Shown: one piece after another, positions 1 through 8,435 of the stretch
Layout: the number at the start of each line of letters is the position of its first letter
Numbering within the stretch: the stretch's first letter is position 1
Source: a virus
Taxonomy: Duplodnaviria; Caudoviricetes
Reading direction: 5' to 3' (one strand)
DNA length: 64,000 nucleotides
IMG/VR virus record: IMGVR_UViG_3300037067_018433
Position numbers and translations under genes: made by a program
Notes under the pieces: model-generated
Told to the model about the DNA's origin: nothing
The model's input: only the letters and a program-made list of their open reading frames with translations
Database searches by the model: none

Positions 1-126
1 GCCATCCGCTACGTGTGCGCGCCCACCAGCCACGTCATGGCCGGGGTCGTGCACGCCACGCGCAACGACTTCGAGTACGTCAGCCCCCGCGGACGGCTGG
101 ATGCGCGGGTGGTGGTGAGTGAGTAG
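1..126 (+). CDS. 3' end of a hypothetical protein (truncated by window start)
   Basis: Open frame 1 (AIRYVCAPTSH...VVVSE) with GC3-rich codons, ending at TAG 124-126. Confidence 0.55.
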   Translation, partial: AIRYVCAPTSHVMAGVVHATRNDFEYVSPRGRLDARVVVSE

Positions 127-340
127 CGTGATGCCGCTCAAGCAGCGCAAGGCCGTCCAGCAGCGCGTCAGGCGAGAGGCGATGATGTTCATCCCGCCCC
201 CCTCCAATCCACGCGTCGACGATCTGAACGCGGAGTTGGAGCGCTGCAAGCAGGAGCTCATCGAGAGCATGAGGATCCCCGAGCACCTCATTCGAGAAGA
301 GGTCGTGCAGCCGGGAGTGGTTCGCCGGAAGGTGTGCTGA
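119..340 (+). CDS. hypothetical protein
   Basis: Overlaps both neighbours; its TGA shares a base with the next ATG. Confidence 0.6.
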   Translation: MSSVMPLKQRKAVQQRVRREAMMFIPPPSNPRVDDLNAELERCKQELIESMRIPEHLIREEVVQPGVVRRKVC

Positions 341-921
341 TGGACCGCGCTACCGCAGATCAAATCGGCCGGGAGCTCGCGTGGGTCGTGGCGAAGGAAG
401 CGGGCTGGACGGACCCCGCCATGGAAAAGTCCGCTGGATTGATCGAAGGCCTATTGTTCGCCCCACTCACCGCGTTGGCCGCGCTGTTCACCGCACCCTC
501 CGGTAGCCGGCTGCACAGCATGGGCATGGGCTTCTTGCTGGGTGCGGGCATGGGTGCGGTGACCAACCGCGAGGTGATCAACCGCCAGCGGCAGGGGGAG
601 AACATCAACGCGTCGGCCCTGAGCCCCAGCATGAAGGCGATCATGGCCGGCATCTCCATCGGCGGTGCGGCACGCGCCAAGAAGGACACGGCCGACGGCA
701 AGCAGATCGACGGGATGAGCGCGATGCTGGCTGGTGCCCCGCTGGGCGCCATGATGAGCAACGACCCGGCGACCGGTCTGGCGGTGGGCGGTGCCGCAAG
801 CCAGCTGCTCAGCGTGCTCCACGCGTCCCAGATGGGTCAGCAGCTCATCAGCCAGGCGCCTACACCCCAGGGCGCCGCTCCTCAGCCCCAGCCCCAACCG
901 GTGTTCCGCGCGCAGCCGTGA
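340..921 (+). CDS. Gly/Ala-rich hydrophobic protein with EKSA motif (putative processed virion protein)
   Basis: Helical N-terminus ends in MEKSA, followed by glycine-zipper-like hydrophobic segments. Confidence 0.65.
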   Translation: MDRATADQIGRELAWVVAKEAGWTDPAMEKSAGLIEGLLFAPLTALAALFTAPSGSRLHSMGMGFLLGAGMGAVTNREVINRQRQGENINASALSPSMKAIMAGISIGGAARAKKDTADGKQIDGMSAMLAGAPLGAMMSNDPATGLAVGGAASQLLSVLHASQMGQQLISQAPTPQGAAPQPQPQPVFRAQP

Positions 922-929
922 GGTGGTAC

Positions 930-1463
930 ATGAACTTCGAGGATCGGTTCTTCGCTGAGCTGAAGGACGTGCAGGACAAGTTTCGCAGGTTCTCCATCAT
1001 CCCCAAGCGTAACAGCGTCTTCTGCAAGGTGATCCACTGGGTGCTGTGGGCGTTGACCTGGGGTCACCTGGACTTCCTCCACCGGTTCCACAGCACCTTC
1101 GGCAAGACGCTATACGTGGCGGAGTCCTGGGACCACGACACGTACGGCCAGCGCTGGGTCACGCTGAAGCATGAGCGCGTGCACCTCGAGCAGTCGAAGC
1201 GCTGCGGCCTTGGCCTGTTCTGGGTCGGGTACGTGGTGTTCAGCTTGCTGTACTTGTTCTGCCTGCCCTTCGGCCTGACGCTGCGCTCGGTGTTCGAGCT
1301 GGAAGCGTACAAGGAGCAGGCGTTCTGCGCGCGCACCGCCGGGTACCCTGTCAGCCGCGCCCACCTGCGCACCCTGTTCACCGGCCCCTCCTACTTCTGG
1401 ATGTGCTTGTCGTCGAAGCTCGTGGATCGAATGCTGGACGAAATCCCTTGCCTTGACCCCTGA
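930..1463 (+). CDS. membrane-associated HExxH zinc-metallopeptidase-like protein (DUF4157-like)
   Basis: LKHERVHLEQ motif, a hydrophobic segment, then FELEAY (candidate third-ligand E); SD GAGG. Confidence 0.6.
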   Translation: MNFEDRFFAELKDVQDKFRRFSIIPKRNSVFCKVIHWVLWALTWGHLDFLHRFHSTFGKTLYVAESWDHDTYGQRWVTLKHERVHLEQSKRCGLGLFWVGYVVFSLLYLFCLPFGLTLRSVFELEAYKEQAFCARTAGYPVSRAHLRTLFTGPSYFWMCLSSKLVDRMLDEIPCLDP

Positions 1464-1483
1464 CGTGGACTAAAAGAAAAGGC

Positions 1484-1669
1484 GTGCCCAAGGAAGACTT
1501 CAATCTCTGGTACGTCTGGCAGAAGGAACTCGACATCGGTTGGCACCGCTACCCGTGGTTGGACCGTGGGTTCGAGTACGCACCGGCGTTCCCCGGCTAC
1601 CCTCGTGTAGCTCCGCCGGTAGAGCAGCGAACCCCAACGTCCGTCACGGAAGTCAAGGAGCGATCATGA
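1484..1669 (+). CDS. small hypothetical protein
   Basis: GTG start; ATGA overlap with next gene. Confidence 0.5.
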   Translation: MPKEDFNLWYVWQKELDIGWHRYPWLDRGFEYAPAFPGYPRVAPPVEQRTPTSVTEVKERS

Positions 1670-1908
1670 AGCACGGCCATTGGGGTTGTCCGAAATGCAA
1701 GGCGATCGTCGTGTTCAGGATGATGGTGGTCCCCGCCCGGCGCCTCGTGAAGCTGGAGACGCTGGAGGACGGGGAGGAGCACCCAACGCTGCACGTTAGC
1801 GCGCTCGCGGAAGTCGAGGTGCTGAAGGAGCAGCGGATCACGAAGCAGTTCTGTTGCCCGTCGTGCGGCCACGTGTTCACGACGGCGAAATGGTGGAGGG
1901 GCAAATGA
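1666..1908 (+). CDS. Zn-ribbon protein
   Basis: SD AAGGAG; CPKC...CPSC. Confidence 0.65.
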   Translation: MKHGHWGCPKCKAIVVFRMMVVPARRLVKLETLEDGEEHPTLHVSALAEVEVLKEQRITKQFCCPSCGHVFTTAKWWRGK

Positions 1909-2144
1909 CCGACGAACACCAGGCATACATCCAGCTGCACGATGCGCTGATGGCGCGTGGCGTGCTCACGGAGAAGGCGGTCAACGACTACTTCCCTTCC
2001 CATCGTGAGGGACAGGGTGAGCAGGGGGACTGGGCGAACAACACCGATATGGAGTCGCTCACGCTGGCCGATCATCAGGCTGCGGAGTTGATGGACGTGC
2101 TTGAGCGGTGGCGCGTGGCAATTGCATCCACGTACCAGGATTAG
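1905..2144 (+). CDS. hypothetical protein
   Basis: SD GGAGG; ATGA overlap. Confidence 0.6.
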   Translation: MTDEHQAYIQLHDALMARGVLTEKAVNDYFPSHREGQGEQGDWANNTDMESLTLADHQAAELMDVLERWRVAIASTYQD

Positions 2145-2154
2145 GAGGAAACAC

Positions 2155-2907
2155 ATGAGCGTTGCTCCGTCGTTGACCAAGGCCGAAGAAGCGTACGTGA
2201 AGATGATGAGCATTCTCTCGAAGTACTGCATCATCACGAACACCGCGTATCACAGCTACAGTACGGAACGCCGGGATTGGTCGGAGACGACCGACAAGAC
2301 CACCCTGACGTTGAACGACCGGACGTCCGCCGACATCCTGCAAGCCATCCACGACTGGGCGGAGGAGAAGTCGAGCGAGGACCGGCGCCGGGGGTTGGCG
2401 GAGCGTACTTCGGACCTCGGAGGTCGGGAGAACCTGACCGAGGCTGTGGCAGGTGTGGTGCTCCTTGGGTTCTCGGCCGGCTCCATCACCGAAGCGATCC
2501 AAGATGGGGTCGACCGCGCGCGGCGTACCCCGGGCTACTGCGAGGGGCATCAGATCCCCTTGCTTCGAGCACTGGCAGTGGTGGAGGAGCGTGATCTGGA
2601 GCCTGGACCGAAGCTCGAGTGGTCAAAGGACCTGGAGTGGCACTCCGGGCACCCGTTCCGAGCGATCACCCGCGACTTCATCACCCTGGAGCTCATCGAG
2701 TACGTACCGCCGGCGTCGGTTCTCGGTAACGCCCAGATCTGTGTGGAAGCGACGTGGCAGGGTGGGGAGCCCAACCACCCATCCTTCTGCCGGAGGGTCT
2801 CGGGGAGTCGTGTGGAGGTCCTGGTCGACGGGCTCCTGGTTCAGGCACGCGCCCACATCAACATGGTCACCGACGAGCTGAAGCGGCGCGAGGAACGCAA
2901 GGCCTGA
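2155..2907 (+). CDS. hypothetical protein
   Basis: Strong SD AGGAGG before ATG 2155. Confidence 0.7.
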   Translation: MSVAPSLTKAEEAYVKMMSILSKYCIITNTAYHSYSTERRDWSETTDKTTLTLNDRTSADILQAIHDWAEEKSSEDRRRGLAERTSDLGGRENLTEAVAGVVLLGFSAGSITEAIQDGVDRARRTPGYCEGHQIPLLRALAVVEERDLEPGPKLEWSKDLEWHSGHPFRAITRDFITLELIEYVPPASVLGNAQICVEATWQGGEPNHPSFCRRVSGSRVEVLVDGLLVQARAHINMVTDELKRREERKA

Positions 2908-3260
2908 TGCTCGTCGACAACTACGACAGCACGGCTACTGATCTGTACCACAGCCCTTGGTATACTGGGAGGATCTACTACATCAGCATCCCGCACCCGT
3001 ACGTGACTACGGCCAACGTGTCTACGGTGGCTACAGGGTCGGTGACCGGGAACTGGCCCCTGGTGTACGAAGCGCCTGCGGCCGCCGAACCCGAGCTCTC
3101 GCTGATTGGGTTGGAGCCGGGGCCGTCGACGCTCCATAGGGATCCGCTACCTGCTTGTTTCGTTGCGCGCCCGCGCTCCATTCCTTCGCCTGCACCACAG
3201 AGGGTCATCCGTTCACGTCTCCCGACGCGTCTAGTAGATCGTAAGCGGAACGCCAGCTAA
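2907..3260 (+). CDS. hypothetical protein
   Basis: TGATG overlap; ends at the convergent terminator. Confidence 0.5.
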   Translation: MLVDNYDSTATDLYHSPWYTGRIYYISIPHPYVTTANVSTVATGSVTGNWPLVYEAPAAAEPELSLIGLEPGPSTLHRDPLPACFVARPRSIPSPAPQRVIRSRLPTRLVDRKRNAS

Positions 3261-3289
3261 AGAAAACGGGTTGGCGGTCCCCGTTCCTT
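3256..3289 (-). terminator. intrinsic terminator between convergent genes
   Basis: Minus strand reads GGAACGGG-loop-CCCGTTTT followed by CTTTAG. Confidence 0.6.
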
Positions 3290-3295
3290 GTTGGG

Positions 3296-4069
3296 CTAGT
3301 CGTCGAGCTCGGGGGGCGTGAGGTCGTCGGCGGGGGCCGCGGGTTCTGCGGCCGGCGTGGGGGCGGGAGCCGGGGCGGCGGGCTTGGGCGTCGCAGCCTT
3401 CGCGGCCTTGGGCTTCGCGGCCTTGGGCTTCGCGGCCTTCTTGGCGGGCTTGGGCGCAGCAGCCTTCGGCGCCGTCTTCTTGGCGGGCTTGGGCGCGGCC
3501 GTGGCCTTGGGTGCGGCGGCCTTGGGCTTCGGCGTCTTCTTGTCCTTGCAGTCCGGACGCGTGTTGATCTGCGCGGTGTCCAGCTGGTACTTGGAGAAGA
3601 ACGCGGAAGCGGGGCGACGGACCTTCTCCGACTGCTTGAGGTACTTGATGGCGAAGGCCGTGGTCAGTGCGGAGGGCGTGTCCCAGCGCTTGCCGTCCTG
3701 GTCGTAGAACCCGTCCTTGCGGCACTCCATCTTGCAGGTCGTGACCTTGCCCGTCTTGCGGCAGGTGTACTCCTGCTCGTACTTCTTGCCGACGCTGAAG
3801 TTCGGGTTGGCCAGCGCCGACTTGGTCTTGGCGCTGATCTCGTCGCCGGCCCCCTTCTTGGCGGGCTTGGGCGCTGCGGCCTTGGCGGGCTTCGTCGCGG
3901 CCTTCTCCTTCGGCTTGCTCATCGCTGACTCCTTGTTCTTGGCGGTGCGGTCCGTCCAGACCTCCCCGCAATCCGGGCACGAGTAGCTGCGGACCGTCCG
4001 CGGCACACCGTGCGCATCCTTCTCCGTTCGCTGTCCCTCGACGTTCTTGTTGGGGTGTGTGCAGTCCAC
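3296..4069 (-). CDS. histone H1-like K/A/P-rich DNA-binding protein with central RAMA/DUF2924-like domain and optional N-terminal Zn ribbon
   Basis: PKPAKK/AAKPK repeats; core DGFYDQDGKRWDTPSAL...ASAFF; SD GAAGGAGGAG before GTG 4069; second SD AAGGAG before in-frame ATG 3922. Confidence 0.75.
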   Translation of the reverse strand: MDCTHPNKNVEGQRTEKDAHGVPRTVRSYSCPDCGEVWTDRTAKNKESAMSKPKEKAATKPAKAAAPKPAKKGAGDEISAKTKSALANPNFSVGKKYEQEYTCRKTGKVTTCKMECRKDGFYDQDGKRWDTPSALTTAFAIKYLKQSEKVRRPASAFFSKYQLDTAQINTRPDCKDKKTPKPKAAAPKATAAPKPAKKTAPKAAAPKPAKKAAKPKAAKPKAAKAATPKPAAPAPAPTPAAEPAAPADDLTPPELDD

Positions 4070-4084
4070 CGATCTCCTCCTTCA

Positions 4085-4119
4085 GATCGGACCTTAGGTC
4101 AAGGCCCGATCGATGTCAA
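4085..4119 (-). promoter_or_regulatory. sigma70-type promoter TTGACA-N17-TAAGGT overlapped by an inverted repeat
   Basis: TTGACA at 4119-4114 and TAAGGT at 4096-4091; IR GATCGG-A-CCTT-N5-AAGG-C-CCGATC at 4085-4111. Confidence 0.6.
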
Positions 4120-4141
4120 GCCTTTTCGTCCGCTCCACGGC

Positions 4142-5098
4142 TCACGCGCTCTTCTTCGCGCGCTTGGTCGCCTTGCTCTTCTTCGTGAGACGCTTCTCGT
4201 CCTTGCCCTTGCGCCCCTTGTGGCACGTGTAGACCACGCAGCGGGCGTCGCTGGGGAGTACCGGGCGCTTCCCGCAGTATCCACACCGGCCGCGGAAGTA
4301 GTGGGCGCAGTTGATGAAGGCGCACGCCGGGCTTGTGTACATGGGGCAGGTGTGGTCCCCGGGGCATGTATCGACCACCCCGTAGTAGCCGCAGTACCCG
4401 ACTTGGTTGTACGTGCAGCCGACGAGGTTGCACGCTGGATTCTCGTGCGGGTCCTTGAGCGTACTCTTCGGCGTGCGCTTCCGGGTCTCGTGTGACGGGC
4501 AGCTCCCGTAGTTCGGCCGGCGAGGTCCGCTGCTGGCGTAGCACCGCGCTCCGGTGTTGTTGAGGCACGTGATCAACGAGCAAGGAGGCGCTTGCTCCCG
4601 CTCCTTTTTCTCCGTGCGCAGTTCCTGGAGTTCGTTGAGGATCCGGTTCAGGGTGCCGACTGGCGTCTCGTCGGCGCGCTTGTGGAAGCACAGGATGGTC
4701 TCCAGCGCGTCAGCCAAGTCGAGTCGGCTACAAGGGCGCATGGAATAGACAGGGGGGAAGGACGGCCAGTTGTAGGGGTAGAGGTACTTGATCTGCTCGA
4801 CGTGCTGATGGAAGAGGTCCAGCTTCTTTCTCGTGGACAGGATGGCGGCGGCGACCGCCGAGCGTGCGGTCAGCGCCAGCCACTCGTCGAACACCGGCGA
4901 GCACCGTTGATGGTCGGTCTCCAGCCGCTTCTCTTCTCGATACAGCCCATCGAGTATCTCACCCTCCGCTACATTCGCGCGGATGAGCATCGCGTAGCGA
5001 ATGGCCACGCCGCCGTCCGCGTGTTGGGCAGCCACCCACTTGTTGATGTCCCCCAGGTACTCCCCCAGGTCCTTCGCGAATACCCGTCCTTCGCTCAC
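4142..5098 (-). CDS. protein with C-terminal Cys-rich repeats (DUF1540-like) and basic tail
   Basis: CSLITCLNNTGARC, CNLVGCTYNQVGYC, CAFINCAHYFRGRC. Confidence 0.65.
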   Translation of the reverse strand: MSEGRVFAKDLGEYLGDINKWVAAQHADGGVAIRYAMLIRANVAEGEILDGLYREEKRLETDHQRCSPVFDEWLALTARSAVAAAILSTRKKLDLFHQHVEQIKYLYPYNWPSFPPVYSMRPCSRLDLADALETILCFHKRADETPVGTLNRILNELQELRTEKKEREQAPPCSLITCLNNTGARCYASSGPRRPNYGSCPSHETRKRTPKSTLKDPHENPACNLVGCTYNQVGYCGYYGVVDTCPGDHTCPMYTSPACAFINCAHYFRGRCGYCGKRPVLPSDARCVVYTCHKGRKGKDEKRLTKKSKATKRAKKSA

Positions 5099-5102
5099 TT
5101 CT

Positions 5103-5846
5103 TCACCTCCGATCGCATTCCACGCACTCCTTGACCTCCTCGGCGCCCCAGGCGCGCAGCATGTCGATGGCGCCCACCTCTTTCTTGACCGTAAAGTCGA
5201 AGTGACCTTCGGGCAGCGGAGTGAGCTGGAACCAGTGGCTGGCGCGTACCAGGTCCGCGGCCAGGCTGGCGGCCATGTGCGTGTGTCGAGCGCGATACGT
5301 CACCAGGTTGCCTGCGCACCTCTTGTGCTCGGCGACCAGGTCCTCCGCCACTTTGAGCGCGCGCTCGGTCATCGACTGCTGCGCACGCAGCTGATCGGTC
5401 ACCCCGTCCAGCTGATGCTGAAGCGTCTCGACGAGCTTCTCGCCTTCCTTCACCAGGGCGAGGCCTTCTTCGGCCAGCGCCCCGAAGCTCCCGGGCTCTT
5501 CCTTGATTCCCATCTCCTCCTCCTCATCGTGCTCGTGGGCTTCGTACCAGTCACCCCACGATCCAAGACCGAACTTGCGCGTACGCGTGTCGTACCAGAT
5601 CGTGGTGTCGTAGGGGTCTCCTTGGTTGACGTACAGGAGACCGATGTTGCAGTAGTACGGATGCCAGAGACCCTCGAGGTTCAGCGCTTCAACCCCGAAG
5701 CCCTCGGTAGACTCGTCTGCGATGTCCAGTGCTCGATCGACGTCCTCGTAGTCCCCCGACTGCTCTGCAGCTTCCAGCCGGTGGAGGAGGGCGCTCGCCG
5801 AGGACGGGGACAGGTGGAAGGCGACGATCAACTCGTCGACGGTCAT
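5103..5846 (-). CDS. hypothetical phage protein with coiled-coil C-terminal half
   Basis: ATG 5846 overlaps upstream stop; GFGVEAL...YVNQGDPYDTT...SWGDWYE is protein-like. Confidence 0.6.
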   Translation of the reverse strand: MTVDELIVAFHLSPSSASALLHRLEAAEQSGDYEDVDRALDIADESTEGFGVEALNLEGLWHPYYCNIGLLYVNQGDPYDTTIWYDTRTRKFGLGSWGDWYEAHEHDEEEEMGIKEEPGSFGALAEEGLALVKEGEKLVETLQHQLDGVTDQLRAQQSMTERALKVAEDLVAEHKRCAGNLVTYRARHTHMAASLAADLVRASHWFQLTPLPEGHFDFTVKKEVGAIDMLRAWGAEEVKECVECDRR

Positions 5847-6091
5847 GGCCTGTCCATCAACCCCAGCTTCATCATCCCCTCCAGCAGCTTCTCCGCGTGC
5901 TCCTTGGCGTTGGAGAGCGTGAGGATGAGCTGCTCGACGTCTGACGGCAACATGCCGCGGAACGTGAGCTCCCCACTTCGTTCGTCGTACGTTCCGGTGT
6001 TGTGGCACATGATGCGCATGTCCGCGGAGCACACGGCGGCGTGCTTGTCGGTTGGATCGGGCAAATGGATCATTGCTTGGATATCGCTCAT
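5843..6091 (-). CDS. hypothetical protein
   Basis: SD GAAGGAGGAG. Confidence 0.65.
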   Translation of the reverse strand: MSDIQAMIHLPDPTDKHAAVCSADMRIMCHNTGTYDERSGELTFRGMLPSDVEQLILTLSNAKEHAEKLLEGMMKLGLMDRP

Positions 6092-6102
6092 CGGCTCCTC
6101 CT

Positions 6103-6342
6103 TCAGCCACCTGTCGGTCGATCGTCAGCGTAGTGTTCTTCCTCCGGTAGTTCACCCTTCAACAGGATGGTGCTTTCGTTGATGAAGGGTGTGTTGACGA
6201 CCCTGACGTCGTGCACGCACGCGGGGCTGGCCGCAGCGTGTTGGTGCCTGATGCACTGCCCCATTCCGAGGGCGCCCTTCCCGTCGTAGACCGCGACGCC
6301 CAGCGCGTGGCAGTAGTCGCAGAACCATACTTGCTTGATCAT
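6103..6342 (-). CDS. small Cys/His protein
   Basis: CDYC...H...C; within leftward operon. Confidence 0.6.
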   Translation of the reverse strand: MIKQVWFCDYCHALGVAVYDGKGALGMGQCIRHQHAAASPACVHDVRVVNTPFINESTILLKGELPEEEHYADDRPTGG

Positions 6343-6349
6343 CTGACCC

Positions 6350-6955
6350 TCACCACGAAATCCACCCGGGGAATGCCGCGGGGGGTATGGGCAAGGACTT
6401 GATCAACGGGTCTTCCCATGTTTCCGCTTTCTGCCGACCCAGCCACTCGGCGTACGTGTTGAATCGCTGGAGTACCTCTTCTTCCGCGTTCTCGGTAAGG
6501 AATCTTCCGATCATGCAGTCCGACACGTCGCAGTCGTAGTAGAAGAACACGTACTCGCGCGTCGCTGTTCCGTGTTCCTCGTTCACCGGCACGCGTCCAA
6601 GGATCGCCACGTCATCCCCGAAGTAGCTGATCTTCGTGTGACACAAGACCCTTGGATTCTTGGAGACCAGCTTGTAGAACTGGATTCCGACGAATGTCTT
6701 CTCGACCCAGTTGAAGCTGCCCGGAGGGTCCATGATCTGGATCTTGTACTCCCCGTGCTCCCCCTTGGTGTTGTACCTTGGAATCAACCACGCGCTGACG
6801 ATCTTCACGTAGTTGATGAACCCATCGAGGTACGAGTGGGACACGAACACCGAGCACTGGTCCAGCGCCAGCGGTTCGGCCACGAGGTTCTCCGGGTACT
6901 CCACCCCATCCGGCAAGTACCGCTCCATGAACTCGCGATGGGGATGATCGTTCAT
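6350..6955 (-). CDS. hypothetical protein
   Basis: SD GAGGAGG before ATG 6955. Confidence 0.65.
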   Translation of the reverse strand: MNDHPHREFMERYLPDGVEYPENLVAEPLALDQCSVFVSHSYLDGFINYVKIVSAWLIPRYNTKGEHGEYKIQIMDPPGSFNWVEKTFVGIQFYKLVSKNPRVLCHTKISYFGDDVAILGRVPVNEEHGTATREYVFFYYDCDVSDCMIGRFLTENAEEEVLQRFNTYAEWLGRQKAETWEDPLIKSLPIPPAAFPGWISW

Positions 6956-6965
6956 CGGTTCCTCC

Positions 6966-7406
6966 TCACAAAGGTGGATTACAACAACACCATTCGTACA
7001 GATCATCGAACGCTTCTCCTGTTTCGGACAGGCTCTCCGGCAGCTCGGGGGACGTGTGGTGCACCCACTCGGGATGATCGTCGATGAACCTGTCGACCCC
7101 CGCATGGTGCATGTAGCAGTCGTCCTGCGGCTCGGTTCCGTACTGCTCTTGGATGCGCGAGCAAACCTCGTCCGGGGTGCCGTCGATGAACACGAAGGCG
7201 TGGTAGCAGAACCGCATGTAGTAGCTGGGTGTGACCTCGCAGCAGTAGGTCACTGTGTTGCGGTCGAACAGGTAGACCGCCCGGATCTCCTTGATCCATG
7301 GCTTGTCCTCCGGCGCTAGGTTCCAGTCGGCCGTCTGGTCGAACCCCACTACCCATCCGTCTACAGGGAGCGTACGGACGTCAGCTTCTTGCGCAGTGCT
7401 GGCCAT
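6966..7406 (-). CDS. hypothetical protein
   Basis: Protein-like frame (VYLFDRNTVTYCCEVTPSYY); start uncertain. Confidence 0.55.
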   Translation of the reverse strand: MASTAQEADVRTLPVDGWVVGFDQTADWNLAPEDKPWIKEIRAVYLFDRNTVTYCCEVTPSYYMRFCYHAFVFIDGTPDEVCSRIQEQYGTEPQDDCYMHHAGVDRFIDDHPEWVHHTSPELPESLSETGEAFDDLYEWCCCNPPL

Positions 7407-7654
7407 TTCTTCACCTTCTCCTTGGACCCCCAGCAGCCGCTTGGGGCGTACGTGTAGAGCCACTTGGCGATCTTCACGATGTGCTTCTCGTTGGAGCAGT
7501 CGGCGTAGTTGACAGCGCCGATCAAGTCGTTCTCGATCACCTTCATCAGGAACAGACCAGGATAGACCCCCTTCTCGATCCAGTTCTGTACCCCTGCCAC
7601 CAGCCACAACGGTAGCTTCTTGTACGGCATGTCCCTGTGCAGAAAATGGTCCAT
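7361..7654 (-). CDS. conserved hypothetical phage protein
   Basis: SD AGGAGGAG; PGxFL..V.ENDL..A...AD..N...APSGCWGS pattern familiar from small phage proteins. Confidence 0.75.
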   Translation of the reverse strand: MDHFLHRDMPYKKLPLWLVAGVQNWIEKGVYPGLFLMKVIENDLIGAVNYADCSNEKHIVKIAKWLYTYAPSGCWGSKEKVKKWPALRKKLTSVRSL

Positions 7655-7683
7655 CGCTACTCCTCCTAGAACAGGGTTCTCCC

Positions 7684-7723
7684 GTTCATGGCTCTTATGC
7701 CATTTTCGTCCCGGGGTTTTCGC
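7684..7723 (-). promoter_or_regulatory. bipartite motif GCGAAAAC-N13-TGGCATAAGAGCCATGAAC (candidate promoter of the leftward operon)
   Basis: Near-identical copy at 60354-60394; overlapped by a perfect 10-bp IR ATTTTCGTCC/GGACGAAAAT (7702-7733). Confidence 0.6.
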
Positions 7724-7773
7724 GGACGAAAATACTTGACGGGTTCAGTCCATTGGATAAGACTCTGGTCGTA

Positions 7774-8202
7774 ATGCTACTGCGGTGGTCAAACGAGAAG
7801 AACGAGACGGTGGTGGTCGGGTGTGCGTCGATCGCGATCGACGAGCAGGTCCCGACGCAGGAAGGGCTCGCCGCCGGCACGATGTACGTCGTGCCTGAGG
7901 TCGAGTACACCGGCGCATTCATGGAGCTTTTCGACCTTCTCTACGGACCACGTGCCCCGATCAACGCACTGTTCCCGGCGCTGCGCCTGTGGGTGGACGG
8001 TGTGCTACAGGACGGCAGCACGCTGGCGATCTTCGGGGAGCACCAGCTGTGGGTGCAGGGAGACCCGGTGTTCACCCGCAACGTGTTCCTGCACCTGCCC
8101 CGCTTCTACGAGCTAAAAACGAACGTCATGGATCTGACACTGCACGCCGGGATGCTCATCCACAAGCATCGGGACCGGCTGCCGTGGAGGGAGAGTACGT
8201 GA
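7774..8202 (+). CDS. hypothetical protein
   Basis: First gene of the rightward operon, after TTGACG-N16-TAAGAC (7736-7763); start uncertain. Confidence 0.6.
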   Translation: MLLRWSNEKNETVVVGCASIAIDEQVPTQEGLAAGTMYVVPEVEYTGAFMELFDLLYGPRAPINALFPALRLWVDGVLQDGSTLAIFGEHQLWVQGDPVFTRNVFLHLPRFYELKTNVMDLTLHAGMLIHKHRDRLPWREST

Positions 8203-8435
8203 ACGAGAAGCTGCTCGAGAAGCTAGCTGCTCCAGGAACCTACCCTGCCATGGAGCAGTGTGGTCGTGATCTAGGTCGGTCGCTCTTTGAGGCTGCCCAA
8301 TCCCCATGTCTCGCGTCCCCCCAGGCTGAGTGGGACGCGTGGTACGAGGCGAAGCGCACGAAGACGCCCGAGGAGTTCAGCGCGTGGGTGGACAAGAAGT
8401 TCCGCACACGACAGGAGGTCGAGCATGGGTCGTGA
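8199..8435 (+). CDS. hypothetical protein
   Basis: GTGA overlap; purine-rich SD. Confidence 0.6.
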   Translation: MNEKLLEKLAAPGTYPAMEQCGRDLGRSLFEAAQSPCLASPQAEWDAWYEAKRTKTPEEFSAWVDKKFRTRQEVEHGS

